In this document: piece after piece, positions 1 to 8,800 of the stretch | Numbering within the stretch: the first letter of the stretch is position 1 | How the letters are laid out: every line of letters starts with the position of its first letter | From: an uncultured bacterium | GTDB lineage: Bacteria > Planctomycetota > Phycisphaerae > SM23-33 > FEN-1343 | Direction of reading: 5' to 3' | Assembly (NCBI GenBank): GCA_965372365.1 | Contig: CBDVCA010000002.1 | Coordinates: forward strand, 936 to 64,935 | Length of the DNA stretch: 64,000 nucleotides | Made by a program: the position numbers and the translations under genes | The notes under the pieces: model-generated | Told to the model about the DNA's origin: nothing | The model's database searches: none | What the model saw: only the letters and a program-made list of their open reading frames with translations

Positions 1-122
1 CCGTTTGGCCGTCGCGCGGCGGCTGGCTACCGATACGTAGGGACCCCATCTATATCTCATTATTACGCTTCCTAACGGATGTCGAGTAATCTTCTATCTG
101 AATCTCGGTGCGAATGCGATTG

Positions 123-2837
123 TCACATCATGGCCTTGTCCACGTCAAGGGTCACGAGTTGGAGCAGATCCTCATCGCTCATTTCGGTCAGCAGCTTCTG
201 GACTCCGCCTTCGAGGACGTCGCGGGCCAGTTGCTGCTTTTCCTCGATCATGGCGTCGATCTTTTCCTCGATCGTGCCGCGGCAGACGAACTTGTGCACC
301 AGGACGTTCTTCTCTTGTCCGATGCGGAATGCGCGGTCGGTGGCCTGATTCTCCACGGCGGGGTTCCACCAGCGGTCGAAGTGGATCACGTGCGAAGCGG
401 CCGTCAGGTTGAGGCCGGTTCCGCCGGCCTTCAGGGACAGTACGAAAAACGGCGGTCCGTCTTCCTGCTGGAACTGGTCCACCAGCGTCTTTCGGCGAGC
501 CACCGCCGTGCCCCCGTGCAAAATGAGCCCCTGTCGGCCGAATATATCCGACAGAAGCGCCTGCAGCGGGTCGGCGATTTCTCGGAACTGCGTGAAGATG
601 AGCGCCTTGTTCTGCCGGGACGCCAACTCCCGGCATATCTCAGCGAGGCGGGCGAACTTGCCGCTGGCGCTGGGGGCGTAGACGCCGTCGCCGAGCAACT
701 GGCTGGGATGGTTGCATATCTGCTTGAACCGCATGATGTACGACAATACCAGCCCGCGGCGCTGGATCCCGTCCAGTCCCTCCATCTGGTCGGCCATCTG
801 GCGGACGGTCTTGGCGTACAACGCGGCTTGCGGTTTGGCCAACCCGCAAAACGCGCGGACTTCGGTCTTGTCGGGCAAGTCGTCGATGACGCTGCGGTCG
901 GTCTTGAGCCGGCGGAGAATGTACGGCGCCACCAGATTGCGTAGCGGCGCGTAGCGCTCGGTCTCGCGGCTTTCCATCGCCTTGACGAACTGCTTGAACT
1001 TGCGGGCCGAGCCCAGCAGGCCGGGACACAGAAAGTCGAACATCGACCACAGGTCGCCCAAGCGGTTTTCCACCGGCGTGCCGGTCAGGGCGATTCGCGT
1101 GCGACTCTTGATCTTCTTGACGGCGCGAGACTGCCGCGTCGACGGGTTCTTGATCGCCTGAGCCTCGTCCAGAACGACCATACCCCACTGGACGTCGAGC
1201 AGCCAATCGCGGCGCAGCAACATGCCGTAGGTGGTCAGCACCGCATCCACGCCGTCGAGCTCGGCCGCCGGGTTCCGGGCCAGGGCGGCCAATTCGTCCG
1301 CGTCGGCTTCGGCCGGATGGACGAAACGCGAGGTCAGGTCAGGAGCGAACCGGGCCATCTCGGATTTCCAGTTCGCCAGCAGCGACGCCGGCAGAACCAG
1401 CAGGGCGGGTTCCCGCACGCGACCGGCTCGTTTCATCGCCAGCATCAGCGAGAGCACCTGGATCGTCTTCCCTAAGCCCATGTCGTCGGCCAGGCAGGCG
1501 CCCAATTGCAGGTTCGACATCAGCCACAGCCAACTCAGCCCCGCCTGCTGATACGGCCGCAACGTCGCCTTGAGCGCCTTGCCCGGATGGACATGCTTGA
1601 GATTCTCCGGGTCACGCAAGTCGGTCAGCGTCTCCCGCAACCACTCGCCTGGCTGGACGAAGGCCCACCGGTGGTCCTGGTCGTCGTCGTCGCTGTCGCC
1701 GTCGAGATCCGCCGGCGCCCCGGCCAGCAGTCGCATGCCCTCGATGAACGACACGCCGTCGGCTCCGGCTTCGGCGGCGACACCCCGCCAGTGGTCCAGG
1801 GCGTCGGCGAGCTTGTCGCGGTCGACCTCCACCCATTGCCCCCTCAGCATGACCAGTCCCTCGTCGGCGGCCATCAGCTCATCCCACTCGGCTCGGCTGA
1901 GTTTCTGGTCGCCAAGGGCCAAGGCGACGTCGAAGTCCAGCATCGCATCGGCGCCGAGGGCGTTTCGCTTGTTCTGGCCGATCGTGACGGCCACGCGGGC
2001 GCGCGGGCGCTTTCGCCACCAGTCGGGCAGCCGCACCACGATGCCGCAGTCTTCGAACAGGGCGACTTCCTTGAGGAATCGGTGGGCCTCGGCGGGCGTC
2101 CAAGCCAGCGGATGGAATACATCGCCGGAGTCCACGAGCTCTTTGACCAGCGGGCTGGACTGCGAAGCCAGTTGGACCGGCGAGAGCAGGCGGATCAGGG
2201 CCTTGCGGTTGCGGGCGCCGGCGTATTCCTGGATGGCTTTGTTCAGCGGCTGGTATTGCACGCGTCCGGCCCGGGACAGGCCAGGGGCGTACGTGGCCAT
2301 GAAGGCGAAGGGGTAGTCCTTGTCCCGCTTGTTCTCGGCCAAGTGGAAACACACGCGTCCCACCTGACGCCACTGCGGGGCGTGCTTGGCGAGGAAGGCC
2401 GACAGCCCCCCGGCGGTCGCGGCGACTTGGTCGCGAACCCATTGGTCCAAGGCTCGCCACAGGCCGCAAAACACCTCGGCGGTGAGATACTCGGCCCCCT
2501 GTATGGGCGGTGCGCTGAGCAATAAAGTGGCCGTCCGCGCCGGCGCCAGCGGCGCGGCCGGCTCGATATCGGTCTCGGCGGTCCGCGGCGTATGGCACAG
2601 TTCGGTCAGGTAGTGTCCGGCGAACCCTCGCCAGAATGCCAGCGACGGCGCCAACCCGGCCGCCAGGCCCCCGGCGGCGAGATGGAACAAACCCTCCCCT
2701 GAGCCGGCGGCGAACGCTTTGACCAACCGCCGGACAGCGGGGCTATCCGGCTCCGATGGCGGCCCGCTGCACACCAGCCGCAGGCGGCCGGACGGGGAAA
2801 CTGCCGTGTCGTAACTCATCATGGCTCTATTCGTCAA
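123..2837 (-). CDS. SNF2/RapA-like superfamily-2 helicase (904 aa)
   Basis: Uninterrupted 904-aa ORF. Helicase motif I LADDMGLGKT, motif II DEAQAIKN, motif III TGTPVENRLGDLWS. C-terminal helicase domain LKAGGTGLNLT ... HFDRWWNPAVENQATDRAFRIGQ. Long non-catalytic N-terminal region typical of bacterial SNF2 proteins. Stop TGA at 123-125. Confidence 0.85.
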   Translation of the reverse strand: MTNRAMMSYDTAVSPSGRLRLVCSGPPSEPDSPAVRRLVKAFAAGSGEGLFHLAAGGLAAGLAPSLAFWRGFAGHYLTELCHTPRTAETDIEPAAPLAPARTATLLLSAPPIQGAEYLTAEVFCGLWRALDQWVRDQVAATAGGLSAFLAKHAPQWRQVGRVCFHLAENKRDKDYPFAFMATYAPGLSRAGRVQYQPLNKAIQEYAGARNRKALIRLLSPVQLASQSSPLVKELVDSGDVFHPLAWTPAEAHRFLKEVALFEDCGIVVRLPDWWRKRPRARVAVTIGQNKRNALGADAMLDFDVALALGDQKLSRAEWDELMAADEGLVMLRGQWVEVDRDKLADALDHWRGVAAEAGADGVSFIEGMRLLAGAPADLDGDSDDDDQDHRWAFVQPGEWLRETLTDLRDPENLKHVHPGKALKATLRPYQQAGLSWLWLMSNLQLGACLADDMGLGKTIQVLSLMLAMKRAGRVREPALLVLPASLLANWKSEMARFAPDLTSRFVHPAEADADELAALARNPAAELDGVDAVLTTYGMLLRRDWLLDVQWGMVVLDEAQAIKNPSTRQSRAVKKIKSRTRIALTGTPVENRLGDLWSMFDFLCPGLLGSARKFKQFVKAMESRETERYAPLRNLVAPYILRRLKTDRSVIDDLPDKTEVRAFCGLAKPQAALYAKTVRQMADQMEGLDGIQRRGLVLSYIMRFKQICNHPSQLLGDGVYAPSASGKFARLAEICRELASRQNKALIFTQFREIADPLQALLSDIFGRQGLILHGGTAVARRKTLVDQFQQEDGPPFFVLSLKAGGTGLNLTAASHVIHFDRWWNPAVENQATDRAFRIGQEKNVLVHKFVCRGTIEEKIDAMIEEKQQLARDVLEGGVQKLLTEMSDEDLLQLVTLDVDKAMM

Positions 2838-3023
2838 TTCTCGGCGTCAGAACGTTCGGGTACGCCCATCCTACACGAAGCCCCCCGCCGGCGACAGCCT
2901 CGCTGTACCGAATCGAAGGCCCGGTCCGCCGCGACGAGAGGGGAGACGCATCCGTTGGTGAACTGCTCAATGCCGTTGTTCTCGCCGCCTCCCAATTTAT
3001 GTCGCACACGGCCTGCGGGTGCT

Positions 3024-3029
3024 ATAATG
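3024..3029 (+). promoter_or_regulatory. Candidate sigma70-type -10 box (TATAAT) in the divergent region between the helicase and the UbiA-family gene
   Basis: Perfect TATAAT hexamer at 3024-3029 in an otherwise GC-rich intergenic region. The upstream -35 candidate is poor (TTATGT, about 20 nt spacing). Sequence-pattern only. Confidence 0.25.
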
Positions 3030-3050
3030 ACTTGCACATCATGACGTTGC

Positions 3051-4244
3051 GTGGGGCGGGTTCATTGCAGCCCAGTGGGTCAATTGTGTCGTAATGGGGT
3101 GAAGCTGATGGGTCATGGACGACATAGCGATCGTCGGAATCTGCGGCGTGACAAGGGGGCAGAAGGTAAGTTGTGGATGGGTGGGGGATTACGAGCTGAG
3201 GCGTGTCCTGTTTCAAGCCCGGAAACTCTCCGGACGGGCCTGGGCGTGTCCCGAAATCGACAGGTGCGGCTCGATCGTCGGGCGAAGATCCTTGCGGGGA
3301 TTCGCGACCATATCTCCATCGCCCGGCCGGGGCAGTGGTCAAAGAACGTCTTCATGTTGCCGGGTGTCCTGTTGGGGACGCTGGCCTGCCACGGCGATCC
3401 GAATCTCGGGGTGCTGAACGGGGCAACTGTGGGGTGGGTCGCATTGGGTGTGCTGTCGACCTGTCTGGTCTGTTCGTCCAATTACACGCTCAATGAGATT
3501 CTGGACGCCTCCAGCGACCGCCATCATCCTCTCAAACGCAACCGTCCCGTCGCCGCCGGTCGAATCCGACTTCCGCTGGCGTACGCCCAGTGGCTCCTGC
3601 TGGGGATGGGCGGGCTTGCAGCGGCGTGGTGGATCGGGCGACCGTATTTCTACGCCCTGTCGGCCCTGTTCGTGATGGGCGTCGTCTACAATTCTCCCCC
3701 CATTCGATCCAAGGAATGTCCCTATATGGACGTCCTGTCAGAGTCGGTCAACAATCCGCTCCGACTGCTGCTGGGTTGGTACGCCGTTGGTTGTCCGCTG
3801 ATCCCCCCGGCCTCGCTGCTTTTGTCGTATTGGATGCTCGGTGCGTTTTTCATGGCGGTGAAGCGGTTCGCCGAACTGCGACACATCGGCGACCCCGAGA
3901 CGGCCGCGGCCTATCGATCGTCCTTCGCCTACTACACCCAGGAACGACTGTTGATCAGCATCGTGTTCTACGCCACGGCGTTCGCCCTCTTCGCCGGCAT
4001 ATTCCTTGTCCGCTATCAGGTGGAGTTGATCCTTGCCGCGCCGTTCCTGGCCGGGTTCATGGGCCTGTACATGCGTATTGGATTCCTGCCCGACAGTCCC
4101 GCCCAGCGACCGGAGTACTTGTACCGCCAGAAGCACCTCATGGCCTATGGGCTGCTGACGTCGGTTGTCCTGGTCGCCTGTTGCCTCATCCGCCTGCCCT
4201 GGCTGCAGCACCTGGTCCGGCCGACCGTTCCCAAGGGATTTTAG
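3051..4244 (+). CDS. UbiA-superfamily polyprenyl-phosphate transferase, decaprenyl-phosphate phosphoribosyltransferase (DPPR synthase)-like
   Basis: Motif NYTLNEILDASSDRHHPLKRNRPVAAGRI matches N-x3-D-x3-D ... RP of the UbiA family, in the form seen in DPPR synthases. N-proximal ARPGQWSKNVF motif. About 8 hydrophobic helices. The ORF as given starts at GTG 3051. A protein of family-typical size (~300 aa) would start nearer 3240-3270, so the start is uncertain. Stop TAG at 4242-4244 overlaps the convergent stop of the next gene (TTAG). Confidence 0.7.
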   Translation: MGRVHCSPVGQLCRNGVKLMGHGRHSDRRNLRRDKGAEGKLWMGGGLRAEACPVSSPETLRTGLGVSRNRQVRLDRRAKILAGIRDHISIARPGQWSKNVFMLPGVLLGTLACHGDPNLGVLNGATVGWVALGVLSTCLVCSSNYTLNEILDASSDRHHPLKRNRPVAAGRIRLPLAYAQWLLLGMGGLAAAWWIGRPYFYALSALFVMGVVYNSPPIRSKECPYMDVLSESVNNPLRLLLGWYAVGCPLIPPASLLLSYWMLGAFFMAVKRFAELRHIGDPETAAAYRSSFAYYTQERLLISIVFYATAFALFAGIFLVRYQVELILAAPFLAGFMGLYMRIGFLPDSPAQRPEYLYRQKHLMAYGLLTSVVLVACCLIRLPWLQHLVRPTVPKGF

Positions 4245-5698
4245 CGCTCTGTTCCGGGGACCGAGTGCCAGTCGGCGACGGTGTCAGTATGACGTGGAAT
4301 CGAAAGCACCAGCACCAACAGCAGCAGTACGGCGAGCGTCTGAGGCTTGTAGGAGTGTGCGACGGTCCACAGCGTCTTGCCGAGCAGTTCCTTCTGAGGC
4401 GCGAGGACGAATAGCGCCGCTGCGCCCAGGGCGATTTTCCGCCATAGTGGTTGCGGCCGGGTCAGCGTGTCACGCATGATCAGAAGCGCCGCCGGAACGC
4501 ACAGCACGAGGTGCTGGCCCCAACAGTAGGGAGATACGATCGCCATCACCATCATCGCGGCCGCCCATTCGGGGGGCAGATCGGCTGGGGCGGTCCGCCG
4601 ACCCCACTTGCGGCGGAATCGAATGGCCAGCGTCAGGCCCAGCAGGGCCGTCAGTCCCGCGGCGATAAGGTTTACGGCGCCATCGGGCAGATCCAGGAAC
4701 TGTACGAACGCCCAGTGCGGCCGGGCGTCGGGGGGCGTGGGCTCGCCTTTGACGACGTCATCGGGATGGGGTACGAACAGTTCGCTGCCGGGGGCGCCGT
4801 CCGGGCGGTAGGTTTGCAGGTACCGGCAGATCGCCAGTTTCAGGCATCGGTTCTGGTGCCTGGCGGGATCGATGCCGTTGGCGGTGGGATGCCCACGAGG
4901 GGCTTGGATGTCTTTGCGAATCTCGGCGCCAAAGATGCGGTGGGCCGCGATGGTCTTGGTCCATCCCAATCCGACCATTGGCGCCGCGACGTTCAACGCC
5001 ACGATGAACGCCGCCATCCATGCGGCCTCTCGCCAGCGGCGTTTGTAGAGCATCAGTGGAAGGAAGAGTACGGGGGTGAGTTTCCAGGTGGCGGCCATCG
5101 CGAGCATGAAGCCGGCGAGAACCGAACGCCGTCTCATGGTCCACCAGGCCGCGGCGGTCAGCATCGCGACCAGAATCAGGTGCAGGCCCGCGTCGTCGAG
5201 GTCTCGCGTGATCCACGGCAGCGTCAGGCCGACGGCGAAGGCGCCGGCCGCGAAGGCGATGGGTTTGTCCATTGTCGCCCCCTTGTGGCCAACCGTCCCG
5301 GCCATGCGACTCCACATCCGTAGCGACAACAGGAGCAATCCCACCGACAGCGCCCAGCAGAGGCCGCGTGTGATACGGTACGAGATCGGTCCGGACGTAT
5401 GATCGATCTCCAAAGCTTCGTCGGCCTCGCCGGTAAGGACCGACAAGGCGCCGAGCGGCGCATTGAGCAGCAGTCGACCGGGCGGATAGTGATGGAGCGT
5501 CGGCGGGCGGTCCGGCGTGAGGTAGGGCTTGCCCTGAATGAAGCCGATCCCCACCTTGAAGTGGAGCAGGAAGTCATTGTGCTTGCGTAGCACGCCGTTG
5601 ACGAACCAGACGCCGAGCACAATCATGAACAGAACCCATGCTGTCCGTCGGAAGATCTTGTTGACGTACCACGCGTGGAACGGCGCCGTGTTCTTCAT
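4241..5698 (-). CDS. Polytopic (~11 TM) membrane protein, putative GT-C-fold glycosyltransferase (DUF2029/GT87-like)
   Basis: ORF runs 4241..5761 (506 aa) with about 11 hydrophobic helices. Function is inferred from topology and from adjacency to a DPPR-synthase-like gene. The upstream ATG at 5761 directly abuts a GC hairpin. The internal start at 5698 (MKNTAPFHAWYV...) is preferred because it is preceded by GGGGAGA 7 nt upstream. Confidence 0.5.
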   Translation of the reverse strand: MKNTAPFHAWYVNKIFRRTAWVLFMIVLGVWFVNGVLRKHNDFLLHFKVGIGFIQGKPYLTPDRPPTLHHYPPGRLLLNAPLGALSVLTGEADEALEIDHTSGPISYRITRGLCWALSVGLLLLSLRMWSRMAGTVGHKGATMDKPIAFAAGAFAVGLTLPWITRDLDDAGLHLILVAMLTAAAWWTMRRRSVLAGFMLAMAATWKLTPVLFLPLMLYKRRWREAAWMAAFIVALNVAAPMVGLGWTKTIAAHRIFGAEIRKDIQAPRGHPTANGIDPARHQNRCLKLAICRYLQTYRPDGAPGSELFVPHPDDVVKGEPTPPDARPHWAFVQFLDLPDGAVNLIAAGLTALLGLTLAIRFRRKWGRRTAPADLPPEWAAAMMVMAIVSPYCWGQHLVLCVPAALLIMRDTLTRPQPLWRKIALGAAALFVLAPQKELLGKTLWTVAHSYKPQTLAVLLLLVLVLSIPRHTDTVADWHSVPGTER

Positions 5699-5761
5699 GA
5701 TCGCATCTCCCCGATTGTGGCCTTCCCCGTATTTCCTCGGCCGATCGGCATAATAGAGCAT

Positions 5762-5790
5762 CGGGGGCAGGTATTCAATACCCGCCCCCG
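5762..5790 (-). terminator. GC-rich stem-loop (about 12-14 bp stem) 40 nt downstream of the giant-gene stop; candidate intrinsic terminator or attenuator
   Basis: On the mRNA strand: CGGGGGCGGGUAUUGAAUACCUGCCCCCG, a near-perfect palindrome, followed by a U-containing tract (AUGCUCUAUUAU). Confidence 0.45.
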
Positions 5791-5828
5791 ATGGGATTCG
5801 CTATGACGATAGAGCTGGACGGGACCTA

Positions 5829-8800
5829 TCAGGGCATTGGAATATTCAGCCCCGTACCGCTCAGTGCGTCGAAGCTGTCGCCTGTCCACGCCGATGGGTA
5901 GCGGCGAGTCCAAGACTGCAGTTTCGGTTGATGCAATCGTCGAACGCGTCTGCGGTTCTCCAGTATGCTCGGGCGACGGTTGGCGGCTTGGACGGGGCCG
6001 ACGTCGGTTGTCTGGGCCTGTTCGGCGGCCAGCAGATCAACCGAATCGCCCAGAACCTTGGCCGGAGGAGCCATCATGGTCCCGAAGTTCTGTTTGAGAA
6101 GGACGAAGTCGTCAAGGTCAACTTTCTGATTGCCGTCGAAATCGCCTTGAGCCCAATTGGAGCCGGTCCCGAAGTTCCGCTTCAAGATGACGAAATCGTC
6201 CAAGTCGACGTCGCCGTCGGTATCGGCATCACCGGCCGTGGCCACGAGGATCTGCGCGGCGTAGTCGTCGCCACCGACGCCGTCGCCGTCGCCATCGAGC
6301 AGGTTCCCGGTCTCATCGGAGACACCCGCGGCGGCGAGGGTGATCGTGTAGTATCCGGCCTGCACGCCAAGGGACGACAGGTCCCACGTTGCGGTGTTGT
6401 TCTGACTGTCGTAGGTCAGGTCGCCCGGCGTCAAGCCCGACAGGTCCACCGGGGTGGAGGTGGTGTCGTTGTGGATCGACAGGTCGCCCACGTCGATCGA
6501 GGCCGAGACGTCCTCGTCGAAGGTGAAGGCCATGCTGGTCAACTCGCCCGGTCGGTCGAGCCCGCCGTTGCGGATCGTGTCGACCACCGTCGGCGACTGC
6601 TGGTCGCTCGGATCGACCATCACATCGAGCGACGCGGCTGCGGTTTCGACTGCATCCTCGGGCACGAAGACCTGCACCGTGTAGACGCCCGGCTCGGCCC
6701 ACGTGTGCGTGACCTGCACCTCGGCCAATACTCTCGGCCCAGGCCCGAACGGCCGGCCGTAATGGACGATCACCGAGCCGGGGGTGTCGAGCCCGTCAGC
6801 GGGGAGCCCGACGGCGACGTCATCGATCCCGTCGCCGTTGGCGTCGGCGCCGCCGGCGAGGAGATGGGTGGAGATAAGCGGCGTCCGCGTCAACTGGGCG
6901 GGGCCCATCTGGAACGGCGTGGTGTCCAGGCCGTCGCCGGAGCCAAGGTAGAGCAGCGTGATGCTGTCGCCGCCGGGCTCGTTGGCCGCGACGAGCAGGT
7001 CACCGAGGCCATCGGCGTTGAAATCTCCAGCCGAGGCCACCTGTCGGCCGAAGTAATTCGCGCCTTCGGGGCCGGTCAGCAGCAGGGGCTGCGGGTCCAG
7101 GCCGCCGGCGGAGCCGAAGTACACAAGAACCGTTCCGTCGCCAGGGGCGCCCAGTGCGACGTCGTCAAGCCCGTCGCCGTTGAGGTCGCCGAGGCCGGCG
7201 ACGCTCGCTCCGAGCATGACCGAGTCGGCCGAGCCCTCGAACATCTCGATCGGCCCGGTCAGCGAAGTGTTCGTTCCGGCGAACAGGCGGACAACGCCTG
7301 TGTGGACGCCGTCGCCGGCAGCCTCCAGCGGGGCTCCGATCAACACATCGTCGCGGCCGTCGCCGTCGACGTCGCCGGCGGCGCCGAGAGCGTACCCGAG
7401 GGCGCCGTTGGCTTGGTCGCCGGTGTAGGTCCAGGCCGGTTCGGTTGACAGGCCTGTGGCGCTACCGAGGAACAACTGAACGCGTCCGGCGCCGGCGATC
7501 TCGATGAGCGTATCGCCGACGATGATCTCGGTGGCGGCGTTCGGGTCCGAGACAAGTACGTCGTCGAACCCGTCGTTGTTGACGTCGCCGGCTCCTGCGA
7601 CCACCGTGGCGTTTTCGGCGTAGATTCCGTCGGTCAGCATCGGCTGGCCCAACGGCGAGCCGAACAGTATGAACACTTGGCCCTGTACCTGGACTTCGGT
7701 CATGCCCACTGTGCCGTCGGGGTAGACGATCGGTACGAGCCGGTAGAGGCGATGGCCGGGCGCCGAGATGGCGACGTCGCCGATTCCGTCGTTATTGACG
7801 TCGCCGGCCGCGGCCACCATTCGCCCGAACTGGGCGTTGTCCTGTGAGCCGTAGAAGGTGAAGGGCTCCGAGACGAATCCTTCGGTGGAACCGGCGTAGA
7901 TCTGCACTCGGCCGGCGTTGATGGAGTCTCCGTCGTCGTATCCGCCTTCGCCCACGATGAGGTCGGCCAGACCGTCGCCGGTGACGTCGACCAAGGCGAC
8001 CGACTGTCCGAATCGGCTGCCGATCCGGTCGGTAGTGATCATGTCCGACGGCCCCGCGAGCATCTCGGTCGGCGCCGGCAGGATCGGGACGCTGAGCGTT
8101 TCGGACGCTCCGTCTCCGTAGTTCACGGTTACGTCCAGGTCGCCGTCAGGATCGAATCGGCCGGTCGTGTCGGTGATGGTGATCGTGAACGTGACCTCCT
8201 CGCCATCGACGATGACTTCGCTGTCCGGCAGGATCTCGATATCCAACGTGTCGCCGGGGTTGATCAGGGCTACCGGCGATTGGATGTCGATACCGACCAA
8301 CTGGCCAACCACCACGTCGGTCAGCGTCAGGGCGCCGCCGGCTTGCAGCGACAGCATGCTCGAGTAGCGGTCGGTCAGCAGTTCCACGCTGCCGGCGATG
8401 ATGTCGCCGGGGGAGGTGACCAGGAGACTGCCGTCGGCCACAATCACGTTGGCCAACTCGACCGAGCCGACCGCGTCGATTTGCAGATCCCCGCGGCCGC
8501 GGATGTCGGCGTCGACGATGCCGACGTCGGTTCGCAGTACGACCCCGGTGTCGGAGGTTATGGTCAGCCGCTCGCCGCGAATCAACGCTTGGTCGCCGCC
8601 GAGGATGGTCTGGGCGGTCATACTGAGATTCAAACCTTCCAGGACGGTTCCGCCGTCGGCGTCGGAGGCGAAGCCGTTAAGCATCACGGCGTCGGTTGCG
8701 ATCAGTGTGGTGTTGCCGAACGTGTTATGGAGGGCGCCGTCGCCGACGAAGATGATGTTGCGTCCTTCGAGGGTCAGGTCGCTGTTGTACAGCCAGATGT

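Noticed and set aside
1-122. AT-rich 120-nt segment at the window start as a possible mobile-element end or RNA gene
   Set aside because: It is too short and at the window edge. It is more simply the 3' flank or terminator region of the helicase gene. No repeat partner is visible in the window.
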